A stretch of DNA of 64,000 nt from Brevinematales bacterium (GCA_020059465.1 JAGVBZ010000030.1:199976-263975); one strand, 5' to 3'. Positions 1-9,580 are shown, numbered from the stretch's first letter. Numbers and translations are program-made. Notes: generated from the letters alone by a model not told the origin.

Positions 1-288
1 CGGAATAGGCTGGTACACCTTTTCCTTCTGCATCCAGTTCGTCGACGTCCATGTGATATTCGTCGCGATTACTATATTGGTCTGGTAGTATGTGTCCGAG
101 ATTTTTATAATGTTCGTGACATAGATCAGGTTCGTCCTGGTCGCCGAGTTATTGGATAGAATAACCACATTGGTCTGGTACGGGTTGCCGAGCATATTCT
201 CGAGGTCGCGCAGGCTGGTGCAGTCGGTGAGTTGAAGGCTTATGATTATAGAAAATATTATCAGCAGGTAGTTTCTTATCGTTTTCAT
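1..288 (-). CDS. lipoprotein, N-terminal part only (gene continues beyond window start)
   Basis: Absent from the ORF track because it runs off the edge. ATG at 288-286 (rc), with GGAGG (rc of 294-298) upstream. My translation MKTIRNYLLIIFSIIISLQLTDCTSLRDLENMLGNPYQTNVV... has a lipobox (LTDC) and stays open to position 1. It is N/T/I-rich like the gene upstream. Confidence 0.5.
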   Translation of the reverse strand, partial: MKTIRNYLLIIFSIIISLQLTDCTSLRDLENMLGNPYQTNVVILSNNSATRTNLIYVTNIIKISDTYYQTNIVIATNITWTSTNWMQKEKVYQPIP

Positions 289-297
289 CGCGGCCTC

Positions 298-1791
298 CTA
301 TTGAACCGTATAGGGTGGACAGTACGCGCCCAGATAGGTCGGATTGAGCTGGTTCACGTTGGTCACCGTCGGGTTCAGCGAGCATTCGGGGATTGCGTCC
401 CATACCTGCTTATTCCCGTTATCGCCGTCTATCCCGGAAAGGGTCACAATCGCGCGTACCTTGCTCCCGGCCGTCAGGTTGAAGAACGACAACGGTACCG
501 CGATCTCGAAACCGTTGGTGCGGATTACCGACATCTGCACTCCGTTCATCGAACCGCCCCAGTTATTCGCGATATTTATCCAGTTCGTACCGGAGGCCTG
601 ATAGACCGCCTGACCGCCGCCGGTCTGGATTCGGAACTGTACCTGATAATCGGGCAGGAAGTTATTCGTCGGATTGAAGACGAATACCCCCCCCCATGCG
701 TCCTTCGATACGCCGGAGGAGTCCCCCTTAGTGTCGAGCGTCAGCGCGATACGGACTCCGTTGTAGTCGGACGGGGGTACGGGCAGACTGCCCGCGCCGA
801 TCCAGAAATACAGGTTATTCGCGTCGTTCGTCATCCGGAAGTCGGAAAGTTGATAACCGTTCAGTGTCGCGACAAGCGACTGTCCCATGAGCGGCGCGGA
901 ATTCCACTTAGCTTCCTTGATACCGTCCACTCCTATCAGCGCGCGGTTTATCATGAAAGAGGGGTAACTGTTCGTGATATTTACCGATGAAATCCCGTGA
1001 AGATAGAAGTAATTCATCCCGTATACGAGAGAAAAGTTTTCCGTCCACGTCTTCGAGTTGATCGAATTCGTCCATCCGGTGACGTTCGGCCCGAGGGAGC
1101 AGGTACGGATATCGTTGGTCGCGCCCAGACTGGTGACCTGATAGATCACCACCTTCGATACGGTATCGGGCGCGGTGACATACGATTTCCCGCTCAGGTC
1201 CACCGACGCCACATTCGTGACAATCCCGTCGAATTTCTTATCGTAGGTGATATAGGGCGAGTTCTTTACACGGAAGTTCAGCGCCATCGAGTAGGAACCG
1301 ATTCCGGTCAGGTTCGCGGATACCTTGACGAAGATATACGGCGCGGCCTGCTGGAATACGACCGCCTCCCACGCCTTCTTTCCGGGGGTCGGGGTAGACA
1401 CTTTCCCGTTGGTAATAAACCCGCTGTTCGTGACCGTAACATTCAGCGAAGCATTCCCGTCGGGGATAAAGTTCACGATATCGCCGTCGATCGTACCCAT
1501 TATCTTGAACGTCGGCTGTACCGTCTGCTCGTTGAACGTATTCGTGATATAGATATTCCCCTGCAGGATATACCCGTCGTTGGTAATCTGTATGTGGTTG
1601 GTGATAATACTCAGGTTGGTATATTTTACCAGTTCGATGACCGCGTAAAAGTTCGTGATATTCACATTCGGCTGTATGACATTAGTAATCGTCAACTGAT
1701 AACCGAGGGAACCCTGTACCGCGCAGGCGTTATAGAACAACGCCGCCGGGATAAATGTGAAAAAAATAAAAACACGCAAAAATAATTTCAT
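298..1791 (-). CDS. secreted N/T/V-rich beta-strand protein, possible carbohydrate-binding C-terminal domain
   Basis: 497-aa ORF with signal peptide MKLFLRVFIFFTFIPAALFYNACA. The C-terminal region (NLYFWIGAG...GFEIAVPLSFF) resembles a CBM-type beta-sandwich, which is a guess. The + strand ORFs 232..990 and 997..1785 are R-rich antisense artefacts. Confidence 0.6.
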   Translation of the reverse strand: MKLFLRVFIFFTFIPAALFYNACAVQGSLGYQLTITNVIQPNVNITNFYAVIELVKYTNLSIITNHIQITNDGYILQGNIYITNTFNEQTVQPTFKIMGTIDGDIVNFIPDGNASLNVTVTNSGFITNGKVSTPTPGKKAWEAVVFQQAAPYIFVKVSANLTGIGSYSMALNFRVKNSPYITYDKKFDGIVTNVASVDLSGKSYVTAPDTVSKVVIYQVTSLGATNDIRTCSLGPNVTGWTNSINSKTWTENFSLVYGMNYFYLHGISSVNITNSYPSFMINRALIGVDGIKEAKWNSAPLMGQSLVATLNGYQLSDFRMTNDANNLYFWIGAGSLPVPPSDYNGVRIALTLDTKGDSSGVSKDAWGGVFVFNPTNNFLPDYQVQFRIQTGGGQAVYQASGTNWINIANNWGGSMNGVQMSVIRTNGFEIAVPLSFFNLTAGSKVRAIVTLSGIDGDNGNKQVWDAIPECSLNPTVTNVNQLNPTYLGAYCPPYTVQ

Positions 1792-1806
1792 AACCGCCCT
1801 CCCGGA

Positions 1807-2340
1807 TTATAGTGTCAACGAGGCGTACGCGAAAATACCGACGGAGCCGATATAGACCCCTGTGAGATTCATCCGGTAATCCGCGCCTATCCCCAGTTCG
1901 AGCGATTCCATCAGCTGATAGCCCGCCCTTCCGCCTGCACGAATCATCAAACCCGCGCTGGTGGTCGCCGCGCCCCGAAGGGTAAAAATATTGATCGGTA
2001 CTCCCAGCCCGACGGCGGGATAGAGGGACATTCCCTCGAATAATACGATCCGGTAGCTTCCGGTGATGCCCGGCTCGATAGTAGTGATACCGAACGAGAG
2101 CGGTACGAAATCGCAGCCGACCCCCGCCGAAATGAAAAGGTTGTCCGCGATACCGCCGGAAACCGTGCTCCCGAACATCGTCATCCATCCGCCGAGACTC
2201 TGCTTAAACGACGCCTGCACGGAAAATCCCATCGCGTCGCCGTACAAGCACACGCCCCCGCCGAAATCGATAGCGCTTTTCGAGTACGATAGACCTGAAA
2301 TGAATAATACCGCCCCCGCAATCATCAGTAAACGTTTCAT
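1807..2340 (-). CDS. small outer-membrane beta-barrel-like protein
   Basis: The track start at 2346 is TTG. ATG at 2340 (MKRLLMIAGAVLFISGLSYS) lies 6 nt after GGAGG (rc of 2347-2351). Signal peptide, then a G/A/Y-rich alternating pattern typical of small OMPs. Confidence 0.55.
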   Translation of the reverse strand: MKRLLMIAGAVLFISGLSYSKSAIDFGGGVCLYGDAMGFSVQASFKQSLGGWMTMFGSTVSGGIADNLFISAGVGCDFVPLSFGITTIEPGITGSYRIVLFEGMSLYPAVGLGVPINIFTLRGAATTSAGLMIRAGGRAGYQLMESLELGIGADYRMNLTGVYIGSVGIFAYASLTL

Positions 2341-2537
2341 GAACAACCTCCGCGAACATCGTGAGATATATGCGCCCCGCAGCCTGCCTTACCCTGACGG
2401 TAATGCGTTTGCCGGGCAAAGTAAATTTAGAAACATTATTCCATACTTCGGTAATAACGGTGTTTTTAACCCCGTTGTATTATACCCTGATTTTCATGAA
2501 ATTGAAACCCGATTTTTAATTCCGGACGAATCTATTT

Positions 2538-3059
2538 CTATTCGTCGCCGGTGTCGATTTCCAGCGGCTCGACAATTTTATCCTTCCTGATGCCGAATAT
2601 CCGCGAGTATGAGAAGACCGCGAGAGATATAATCGTGCTCCACCCGAATATCAGGAAAATCCATCCCGCCGCAGTCAGACGGTATTCCCGGACGACCGTG
2701 CCCGTATATTCGAGGATTAACGCATCGCCGGAAAAATCGGGCTCCTGCCCTACGCCCACGGAAATGGCGCCGGTTTGCCATACCTCGACCCTGAACGTGT
2801 TCGTTCCGGGCTTTGCCACCGGTACTGTGATGGAAACCTGCCCCTGCGTGAAGGAATTTGTCGCAACCAGCAAGTTATCGACAAAAACATGCACCTTCGC
2901 GGAAAAATTAGTCTTCAGCGCGGCTTTAATCTGCATATCCTCGTACACGGTCTGCCCGTTGGCGGGGATGTCCAGTCCGACATATTCGTTGGAAGGCTCG
3001 CCGTAGGCCGATACGCGGATGAACGCGAGAGCTAATAAAAGGATGAGTTTACTTTTCAT
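2538..3059 (-). CDS. signal-peptide protein with beta-rich ectodomain and C-terminal TM anchor, coupled to the NSS transporter
   Basis: The internal ATG at 3059 (MKSKLILLLALAFIRVSAYG) lies 1 nt after the NSS stop (TAA, 3063-3061). C-terminal TM segment WIFLIFGWSTIISLAVFSY. The track's 21-aa N-terminal extension overlaps the NSS gene. Confidence 0.6.
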   Translation of the reverse strand: MKSKLILLLALAFIRVSAYGEPSNEYVGLDIPANGQTVYEDMQIKAALKTNFSAKVHVFVDNLLVATNSFTQGQVSITVPVAKPGTNTFRVEVWQTGAISVGVGQEPDFSGDALILEYTGTVVREYRLTAAGWIFLIFGWSTIISLAVFSYSRIFGIRKDKIVEPLEIDTGDE

Positions 3060-3060
3060 A

Positions 3061-5181
3061 TTATTCCCCCTCCACGCCGGTATGGAGTTTTTCGTCGAGC
3101 TTATACTTTTTCCACGCCGCAAAGATTATCAGATTGATAATCAGCAGGAATGCGATAAACACGATACGGATAGTCCCGATAAACAGTTTTTGGTCGACAT
3201 ATCCCCCAAGAAACTCCGCCCTCGGGAATTTAGCCACAAGGCCGCGGAAAATATCGCCTATCAGGAAACGGTTCAGTTTTTTCGCCTCGTCCGGATTTCG
3301 GGGATGCTTTATATACTCCGCAATCAGGGCGGTTGTGGACGGGTCGAGTATTTCTTTCGGGAAAAGGGTCGCCGTGTAGAAGTTTGTCGATGCAAGGCAA
3401 TTGTTCAGCCCGTTGAGGAGCGCTGCCTGCGCAGTTTCATAATCGGTGGGTTTGGCGGCAATCTGCGCGACCAATTCGAGAATACCCCGGTGCGTCATAT
3501 ATTCCGGTGTTTTTACAATATCGGGCAGCTTTCCGGGGGTCAGGTAATTGGAGATGGATCCGAGTGAGACATCATCCGCATGCACCGCCTTGGTCAAGTC
3601 CTGCTTGAACATATCGTGAACTGCCAGCATCTCCACCTTGAACGACTGAATTATATCGCGGTCGGCCGGATCGAAATATCCGATCATGTGCATCGATAAC
3701 GGGTCATTGACCCCCTGAAGGCGCTGTATCAGCGCGGCTGAATCTTTAATATCTAACTGGGTGAAATCCTTATAGTCCATTCCTCTCAACGTGATAAAGT
3801 CCCACCCTTTGAAAACGAACCATACCGCGAGAAGTATAATCAGATACGTCGGAGTGATATATTTCAGGACAAATTTGAAAAATTTCGGAATCTTGATATC
3901 CGCGCCCCTGTTCATCTCCTTCCAGCCCTTGTCGGCGCCAAGTATCCATGCGAAAACAACCGCTTCGATCGTACCGAACAGGATCAGCGCAAAATTGCCC
4001 GCCCAGAAATCCATCTCGTCCACCGCGCCGGCGTTCAGCCCGAATACCGCGAGAAGCCCCATCACGAAAAAGATGACAAATTGCGTGATAATCGACTTCC
4101 GGCGGCTGTACTTCATCTCATCCTCAAAGAACGAAATGCCCGGCTGGAGAAGCGAGATAGACGATGTGATCGCGGCGATAAAAAGCAGGACAAACCAGAG
4201 GGTTTCGAACAGCGCCGCGAGCGGGAACGCCCCGAGCACCTGCGGCATTGTGATAAACCCGAGGCTGAATACACCCGACGATGCGATGGCCTGCGCCTTA
4301 CCCATCCCCATAATCGCGATCGCGGCGGGGATAACCAGCGTACCCCCGACTATCACCTCGAAGAACTCGTTGGTAGCGTTCGCGGTCAGCGACGACAATA
4401 CGATATCCTGCTTCCGTTTCACATACGACGAATAGGTCAGGATCGCCCCGATCCCTACGCTGAGGGTGAAAAATATCTGCCCGGACGCGGCGAACCATAC
4501 GTTAATATCGCCGAGCTTCGACAGATCGGGATTCCACAGGAACGCGAACCCCTCGCCGATATTCGGGAGGGTCAGCACGCGGATCATCATCAGCGCGCTC
4601 AGGACAAGCAGTATCGGCATCATGATCTTCGACGCCTGCTCGATGCCCTTTTTCACGCCGAAGTATACTATAGAAAGATTGATCAATAATGTAATCAGGA
4701 AAAAGAAGAGCGAAGCGGGTATTCCCGCAATGGTAGTGGTCAGACTGATATAATTGGAAAAGAACGTGCCGATCAGGGCGGGGGATGACGACGCCGGAGT
4801 GAGGAGTCCCTGGATGGAGTACCAGACGTAACCGAGAAGCCATGATTCGACATAGATATAATAGAAATTGATGAACATCGGGCCGAATATTCCGAGCGAA
4901 CCGAGGTACTTCGCCCACGGCTTACGAACTACAGCGTTCAATACACCCGGCGCGCTGCCGTGGCTGAACTGCCCTCCGTAGCGCCCCAGAGTCCATTCCA
5001 CCCACGCGAGCGGAATACCGAGAAAAATCAGCGCGATGAAGTACGGGATGAGAAACACTCCGCCGCCGTTGACCGACGCCACTCCCGGAAAACGGAGGAA
5101 ATTTCCGAGACCGACCGCGCTTCCCGCAACCGCAAGTATTACTCCCAGTTTTGACGCCCAATTCTCACGTTTTGCCGACAT
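3061..5181 (-). CDS. neurotransmitter:sodium symporter (NSS/SNF) family transporter with large C-terminal soluble insertion
   Basis: NSS signature NWASKLGVILAVAGSAVGLGNFLRFP and multiple TM segments. ATG at 5181 (MSAKREN) lies 8 nt after GGAGG (rc of 5190-5194). The track start at 5196 is a TTG overlapping that RBS. Confidence 0.9.
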   Translation of the reverse strand: MSAKRENWASKLGVILAVAGSAVGLGNFLRFPGVASVNGGGVFLIPYFIALIFLGIPLAWVEWTLGRYGGQFSHGSAPGVLNAVVRKPWAKYLGSLGIFGPMFINFYYIYVESWLLGYVWYSIQGLLTPASSSPALIGTFFSNYISLTTTIAGIPASLFFFLITLLINLSIVYFGVKKGIEQASKIMMPILLVLSALMMIRVLTLPNIGEGFAFLWNPDLSKLGDINVWFAASGQIFFTLSVGIGAILTYSSYVKRKQDIVLSSLTANATNEFFEVIVGGTLVIPAAIAIMGMGKAQAIASSGVFSLGFITMPQVLGAFPLAALFETLWFVLLFIAAITSSISLLQPGISFFEDEMKYSRRKSIITQFVIFFVMGLLAVFGLNAGAVDEMDFWAGNFALILFGTIEAVVFAWILGADKGWKEMNRGADIKIPKFFKFVLKYITPTYLIILLAVWFVFKGWDFITLRGMDYKDFTQLDIKDSAALIQRLQGVNDPLSMHMIGYFDPADRDIIQSFKVEMLAVHDMFKQDLTKAVHADDVSLGSISNYLTPGKLPDIVKTPEYMTHRGILELVAQIAAKPTDYETAQAALLNGLNNCLASTNFYTATLFPKEILDPSTTALIAEYIKHPRNPDEAKKLNRFLIGDIFRGLVAKFPRAEFLGGYVDQKLFIGTIRIVFIAFLLIINLIIFAAWKKYKLDEKLHTGVEGE

Positions 5182-5413
5182 ACGCATCACCTCCAACCCG
5201 CAGTTTTACCATAAAACGATAAAATAAAAGGGGTGAAATGTCAATATTGCTTTCTTAATTCATACTGCCCGTCGTTCCCCACCGATAAAGATTCTGGGAG
5301 GAAATTCCAATAAAATTTGGCATGTATGCCGAATATCCTTTGAACGAATAAATAATTCGGTATGCAGCGCTTTTTTCGCCAAAATCCTTACCCCGGGCTA
5401 AAATTTCCCAAAA

Positions 5414-5442
5414 ACACCCATCTATGCTATACTAATGGGTGT
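5414..5442 (+). promoter_or_regulatory. perfect 8-bp inverted repeat ACACCCAT-N13-ATGGGTGT enclosing a TATACT -10-like hexamer, upstream of citrate synthase
   Basis: Read directly: acacccat ctatgctatacta atgggtgt, about 65 nt upstream of the ATG at 5508. The operator/promoter role is inferred only. Confidence 0.3.
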
Positions 5443-5507
5443 ACATTTTGTCTCAATTGCTCTATTGATTTTACGGCAGCATTTAATCTACTTAAAGGAG
5501 GTATCCT

Positions 5508-6662
5508 ATGAAGGATCAGGAAATTGCCGACAAAAAAGGTTACGTAAGAGGTCTGGAAGGAATCGCCGTTGGGGAAACCACCATCAGTTATGTCGATGGG
5601 GTTAACGGGATTCTTGTATATAGCGGTTACAATATTCACGAAATAGCCGAACGTACCTCGTTCGAAGAAGTCGCTTACCTTCTATGGCACGATCATGAGG
5701 ATTTGCCCAATAAGCAGGATCTTTCGCGTTTTTCAAACGAATTGATCAAGAACATGCATATCCCGTTCGAGGTAGTGCAGTTGATCAAGTCGATGCCGGA
5801 TTATTCTCACCCGATGGCAGTCTTGCGTACGGCGGTATCCGCGCTCGGATGCCTCGATCCGAAGGCTGAGGAACTCAGCGGGCGCAGCTTCGATAAGAAG
5901 GCAATCACCCTGATCGCGCGGGTGATGACAATTGTGGCTGGAATGCACCGGATTAAGCGAGGCGAACGCATGCTCGAACCGGATACCGATAAGTCTTTCG
6001 CCGAGAACTTCCTTTATATGTTCCGGGGCACGTGGCCGGATGAGGAAGAAGCGAAGGTTTTCGATACCCTGCTTGTCCTGCACGCCGACCACGGGTTTAA
6101 TGCGTCGACGTTTTCCGCGCGCGTGACCACATCCACACTATCGGATATCTATTCCGCCCTGACATCCGCGATAGGCACACTGAAAGGCCCTCTTCACGGC
6201 GGCGCGAACCAGAAGGTGATGGAAATGCTTTCCGATATCGGACATGTCGACGAGGTGGAAGAGTATATCGACAGCCTGCTGAACGAGAAAAAGAAGATCA
6301 TGGGATTTGGTCATCGAATATATAAAACGGAAGACCCGCGCGCCATCCATCTGAAAGTATGGGCTGAGAAACTCGCCGCGAAACGCGGACAGGAAAAGCT
6401 TTTCCAGATTGCCACACGGATCGAGAAACTGGTTATGGAAAAGAAGGGGATTCACCCTAACGTGGACTTTTATTCGGCGGTAGTCCAGTATGCGCTTGAT
6501 ATCCCGAAGGAATACTATACCACAATATTCGCGGCGTCGCGCACTCCCGGATGGATCGCGCATATCCGCGAGCAGCTCACAGATAACCGTCTCATCCGCC
6601 CCACTTCCCGATACGAGGGTAAACTCGATAAAAAGTGGAAACCGCTCAACGAAAGAAAATAG
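5508..6662 (+). CDS. gltA: citrate synthase
   Basis: 384 aa with citrate synthase motifs LHADHGFNAST, GPLHGGANQ and GFGHRIYKTEDPR. RBS aaggagg precedes the ATG. Confidence 0.93.
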   Translation: MKDQEIADKKGYVRGLEGIAVGETTISYVDGVNGILVYSGYNIHEIAERTSFEEVAYLLWHDHEDLPNKQDLSRFSNELIKNMHIPFEVVQLIKSMPDYSHPMAVLRTAVSALGCLDPKAEELSGRSFDKKAITLIARVMTIVAGMHRIKRGERMLEPDTDKSFAENFLYMFRGTWPDEEEAKVFDTLLVLHADHGFNASTFSARVTTSTLSDIYSALTSAIGTLKGPLHGGANQKVMEMLSDIGHVDEVEEYIDSLLNEKKKIMGFGHRIYKTEDPRAIHLKVWAEKLAAKRGQEKLFQIATRIEKLVMEKKGIHPNVDFYSAVVQYALDIPKEYYTTIFAASRTPGWIAHIREQLTDNRLIRPTSRYEGKLDKKWKPLNERK

Positions 6663-6910
6663 CAGCTATACCGTTTCTTCGCGGGGACTTGTCCCCGCGA
6701 GGAATACAGATGTCTGACTGGTTAAAGTGTTCAGGATAAAAACTTCGAATATATGAAGCCGTCCCTTTGCGGGCATGTTGACAAAATCGGTTACGATATT
6801 GCGAGGCGTCATGGTGAGCCGGCCGAACCATAGCCGAGGCAGTATATTTCCTTTAACAGTAATTTGATAAACAGACTGCTTCACCGCGTTGCGTCTCGCA
6901 GTGACAAAAA
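6663..6910. repeat. cluster of REP-like short palindromic intergenic elements
   Basis: Near-perfect palindrome tcgcggggac-tt-gtccccgcga (6679-6700). A gtcatggtgagccggccgaaccat-type element. A family-2 element, acagactgcttcaccgcgttgcgtctcgcagtgacaa (6871-6907), recurs inverted at 10732-10766. Confidence 0.55.
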
Positions 6911-7027
6911 GACCTTAAAGTTTGTCAACCCACCCATCACAGGGACGGCTTTATTTTTGATATTTCTTCAATCATTTCTTATCATATAATTCGGCTGTAC
7001 AAAACTTTTTTTCTGAGGATCATTACT

Positions 7028-7249
7028 ATGGAGACCCGAAAACTGAAAGGGGCAAACTGCGATATCGACCTGACCAGCGGGGGCAATGTGGATTGGAAGC
7101 AGGACGAATGCCCGTGGAATAAGGACGAGGGAATACTGTCCCATAAATGCGCGGTGAAAAACACGTCCATCTGCGAGTACTTCCGCGGATTGGAATATTT
7201 GGACACCGTCCTATGCTGTTATCCGCATGCAAATCCCGGCAGAGAATAA
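7028..7249 (+). CDS. small Cys-rich protein (73 aa), unknown function
   Basis: ORF with GAGGA about 10 nt upstream. Six Cys (C11, C28, C41, C49, C63, C64) in ...DECPWNKDEGILSHKCAVKNTSICEYFRG...LCCYPH. No family recognised. Confidence 0.5.
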   Translation: METRKLKGANCDIDLTSGGNVDWKQDECPWNKDEGILSHKCAVKNTSICEYFRGLEYLDTVLCCYPHANPGRE

Positions 7250-7278
7250 GAATATTGAAATAAATATTCCGGTAATTC

Positions 7279-8082
7279 ATGACGGATAGAATGATTGAAA
7301 TGGGGGTGTCTTCAGTAATGCATCGTATTTCATTATATTTACTGATCGCATCGATATTATCCTCCTGCGGGGTTGTCCCGCTTTATTGGCCTGCGCCGTT
7401 CCAGCCGTTTACCTCCGGTTTCGAGGACGGCACTACCGGGAAATGGACTCTCGAGCAGGGATTGCTCGGAATGATCGAGGTACAGTCTAATATAGTCCGC
7501 AAGGGCGCATACGCGGTCAAGTTCACGATTATCCCGGGAGTGACATGGCATTCGGGCAACCGTACCGAAATGGCGTACTGCAACTGGGATCCCTACGGCG
7601 AGGAAGTGTATTACGGATGGAGCTGTATGCTCGGCGCGGGATATACCGACAACGGAAAGTGGCAGATTATCGGGCAATGGCACGATCAGCCCGACTTTTA
7701 TAATAACGAATCGTGGTCGAGCTTCCCGCGCAATTCGCCGCCGTTATCGATCCATTACGTATCGAATAGGGTTTTTATCAACGTCCTCTACTCAGGCATC
7801 ATGGAAAAAACGATGCGGGAGAACGGGGTTGCGGTTTCCTGCGGGCAATGGTTCGATGTGGTGGTGCATGTGAAATGGTCGATGTACTCCGACGGTTTTG
7901 TCGAGGCGTGGGTAAACGGTACGAATATGTATTTCGAACGGATATACTGTAAAACCGTTGTGAACAGAGTGGGCAACTACCTGAAGATCGGGCTGTACCG
8001 TGACGAGAATGCGCTGGGAACAAACACGGTTTATTTCGACGAGATAAAAATAGGGAAATCCTATGCGGAGGTTGCGCCGTGA
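7279..8082 (+). CDS. polysaccharide-lyase-like / concanavalin-type beta-sandwich lipoprotein
   Basis: Lipobox LIASILSSCG. GNRTEMAY, IIGQWHDQPD, PPLSIHY, VVVHVKWS...GFVEAWVNG, YLKIGLYRD and VYFDEIKIG resemble the heparin-lyase-I/glucuronan-lyase type family (Pfam Polysacc_lyase, recalled from memory). The true start may be the internal Met at 7318. Confidence 0.55.
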   Translation: MTDRMIEMGVSSVMHRISLYLLIASILSSCGVVPLYWPAPFQPFTSGFEDGTTGKWTLEQGLLGMIEVQSNIVRKGAYAVKFTIIPGVTWHSGNRTEMAYCNWDPYGEEVYYGWSCMLGAGYTDNGKWQIIGQWHDQPDFYNNESWSSFPRNSPPLSIHYVSNRVFINVLYSGIMEKTMRENGVAVSCGQWFDVVVHVKWSMYSDGFVEAWVNGTNMYFERIYCKTVVNRVGNYLKIGLYRDENALGTNTVYFDEIKIGKSYAEVAP

Positions 8083-8654
8083 AAACACTGTTCATCGTTG
8101 GATTGTCGCTCTGTTTTTCCACAATATTCGCATCGACAAACAGCCATGAAATCACCCTTTTACTCGGCCGCTGGAATACTCTTTATTTTACAGGTTCCGC
8201 GCAGCTGATCTACCGTTCCCCGGACATCTTCGGGATTCCCCTGCGCATCGGGGCGGGAGTCGCAGGCTACGGCTCGCTTTTGATCGTCTCGGACGGGAGT
8301 TACGAACTTTGGGCGAATGCCCAGTACGGATTACATTCCGGTAAAATCTTTCATGTCTACGCGGGCGCGGGCGGGATTCTGTTTCAGTCCTTTCCGTTGA
8401 AAATAACGTCGCTCCAACCCGTCGTTTTTGCCGGGATTTCCGCACGGGTAACATTTTTCAATCCAGAGGTTTGCATGCGTTTCCGGTTTTATTCCGACGG
8501 ATGGATGGTCACGCTTCTACAGGACTATCGTTTTTATGTATCCGACTACCTTTTCCTGACATTGCATCCGAACTTTATTTTAGCCGGATTCTACGATTTC
8601 CGTTACGCCGAGATGCGGGCGGAATTTTTCGCGGGTATCGGCGGAAATTTCTGA
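8079..8654 (+). CDS. outer-membrane beta-barrel-like protein
   Basis: GTG start overlaps the preceding stop (GTGA). Signal peptide VKTLFIVGLSLCFSTIFAS, G/Y/F-rich alternating strands, C-terminal ...FFAGIGGNF ending in Phe (OMP beta-signal-like). Confidence 0.55.
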   Translation: MKTLFIVGLSLCFSTIFASTNSHEITLLLGRWNTLYFTGSAQLIYRSPDIFGIPLRIGAGVAGYGSLLIVSDGSYELWANAQYGLHSGKIFHVYAGAGGILFQSFPLKITSLQPVVFAGISARVTFFNPEVCMRFRFYSDGWMVTLLQDYRFYVSDYLFLTLHPNFILAGFYDFRYAEMRAEFFAGIGGNF

Positions 8655-8665
8655 GGGTTATAGCT

Positions 8666-9454
8666 ATGATAGAAAATTTCAGAAAGTGGGGCATGAGCCC
8701 CTATCAGGCCGCGGTTCTGCACGGAGGCCCCGGCGCGAAGGGCGATATGGCGCCGGTTGCGCTCGAACTCTCCGGGAAAATCGGGGTTCTCGAACCCCTC
8801 CAGACCGCCGATTCCATCGAGGGACTGGTCTCCGAACTTCACGATGTATTGAAAACCTACGCATCCCTGCCGGTCGTTTTGATCGGCCACTCGTGGGGCG
8901 CGTGGCTCGGATGGATATACGCGTCCCGTCACCAGCACTCCGTGAAAAAACTGATCATGGTCGGGAGCGGCCCATTCGAACGCAGGTATGTTTCTATGAT
9001 TGAGGAGACCCGGATCAGCAGGCTGACCGGACAGGAACGGGAGGAGTTTATATCGGTAATGAGACGCGCATATAAATCTCCGCCCGCGGAAAAAATCCGC
9101 CTCTATGAAAATTTCGACGATATTCTGATCAAGACCGACAATTTCGACCCGATCGAGGAAAAATCGAAGGAGGCGGGATTCGATATCGCGCAGTACGATG
9201 ATATCTGGCCCGAGGCCGCAGAGCTGCGTCAGACCGGGGCGTTATTGGACATGGGCCGCGGAATTCGCTGCCCGGTAACCGCTATTCACGGGGATTACGA
9301 CCCGCATCCCGCCGACGGCGTAAAGATACCGTTATCGCGCATTCTCCAGAAGTTCAAATTCATCCTGCTGAAGGATTGCGGGCATTCCCCATGGCGGGAA
9401 CGCGCGGCAAAGGATGAATTCTACGCGGCGCTCCGCAGTGAAATAAGCGAATAG
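8666..9454 (+). CDS. alpha/beta-fold hydrolase
   Basis: Start moved to the ATG at 8666 (MIENFRKWG). The track extension overlaps the previous gene. LHGGPG oxyanion-type motif, nucleophile elbow GHSWGAW, C-terminal DCGHSPW. Confidence 0.8.
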   Translation: MIENFRKWGMSPYQAAVLHGGPGAKGDMAPVALELSGKIGVLEPLQTADSIEGLVSELHDVLKTYASLPVVLIGHSWGAWLGWIYASRHQHSVKKLIMVGSGPFERRYVSMIEETRISRLTGQEREEFISVMRRAYKSPPAEKIRLYENFDDILIKTDNFDPIEEKSKEAGFDIAQYDDIWPEAAELRQTGALLDMGRGIRCPVTAIHGDYDPHPADGVKIPLSRILQKFKFILLKDCGHSPWRERAAKDEFYAALRSEISE

Positions 9455-9505
9455 CCATGCTGACATTACGGGCTATATACTTCTTTTCTATACACTGATG
9501 GGATC

Positions 9506-9522
9506 GGGATTAGTCTGCGCAG
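9506..9522. repeat. REP-like element, family 1 core (gggattagtctgcgcag)
   Basis: Reverse complement ctgcgcagactaatccc is identical to 31471-31487. Related copies at 21364-21408 and 57184-57348. Confidence 0.5.
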
Positions 9523-9580
9523 TACCTTGCCCTTTTTAGCGTTTTACCTTATAATAAACCGTTTATAGAACGGAGGCAAC

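Noticed and set aside
5197-5330. Glycine or amino-acid riboswitch in the NSS transporter leader
   Set aside because: No GGAGAG...CACCG-type glycine riboswitch core or T-box specifier/antiterminator features are recognisable on the minus strand.
8471-8665. N-terminal 65-aa extension of the hydrolase ORF; likewise 29646..29918 (ferredoxin), 29560..29787 (vWA) and 44677..44820 (phosphoesterase)
   Set aside because: The extensions overlap neighbouring genes or intergenic DNA, are R-rich, and precede internal ATGs with good RBS and native-looking N-termini.
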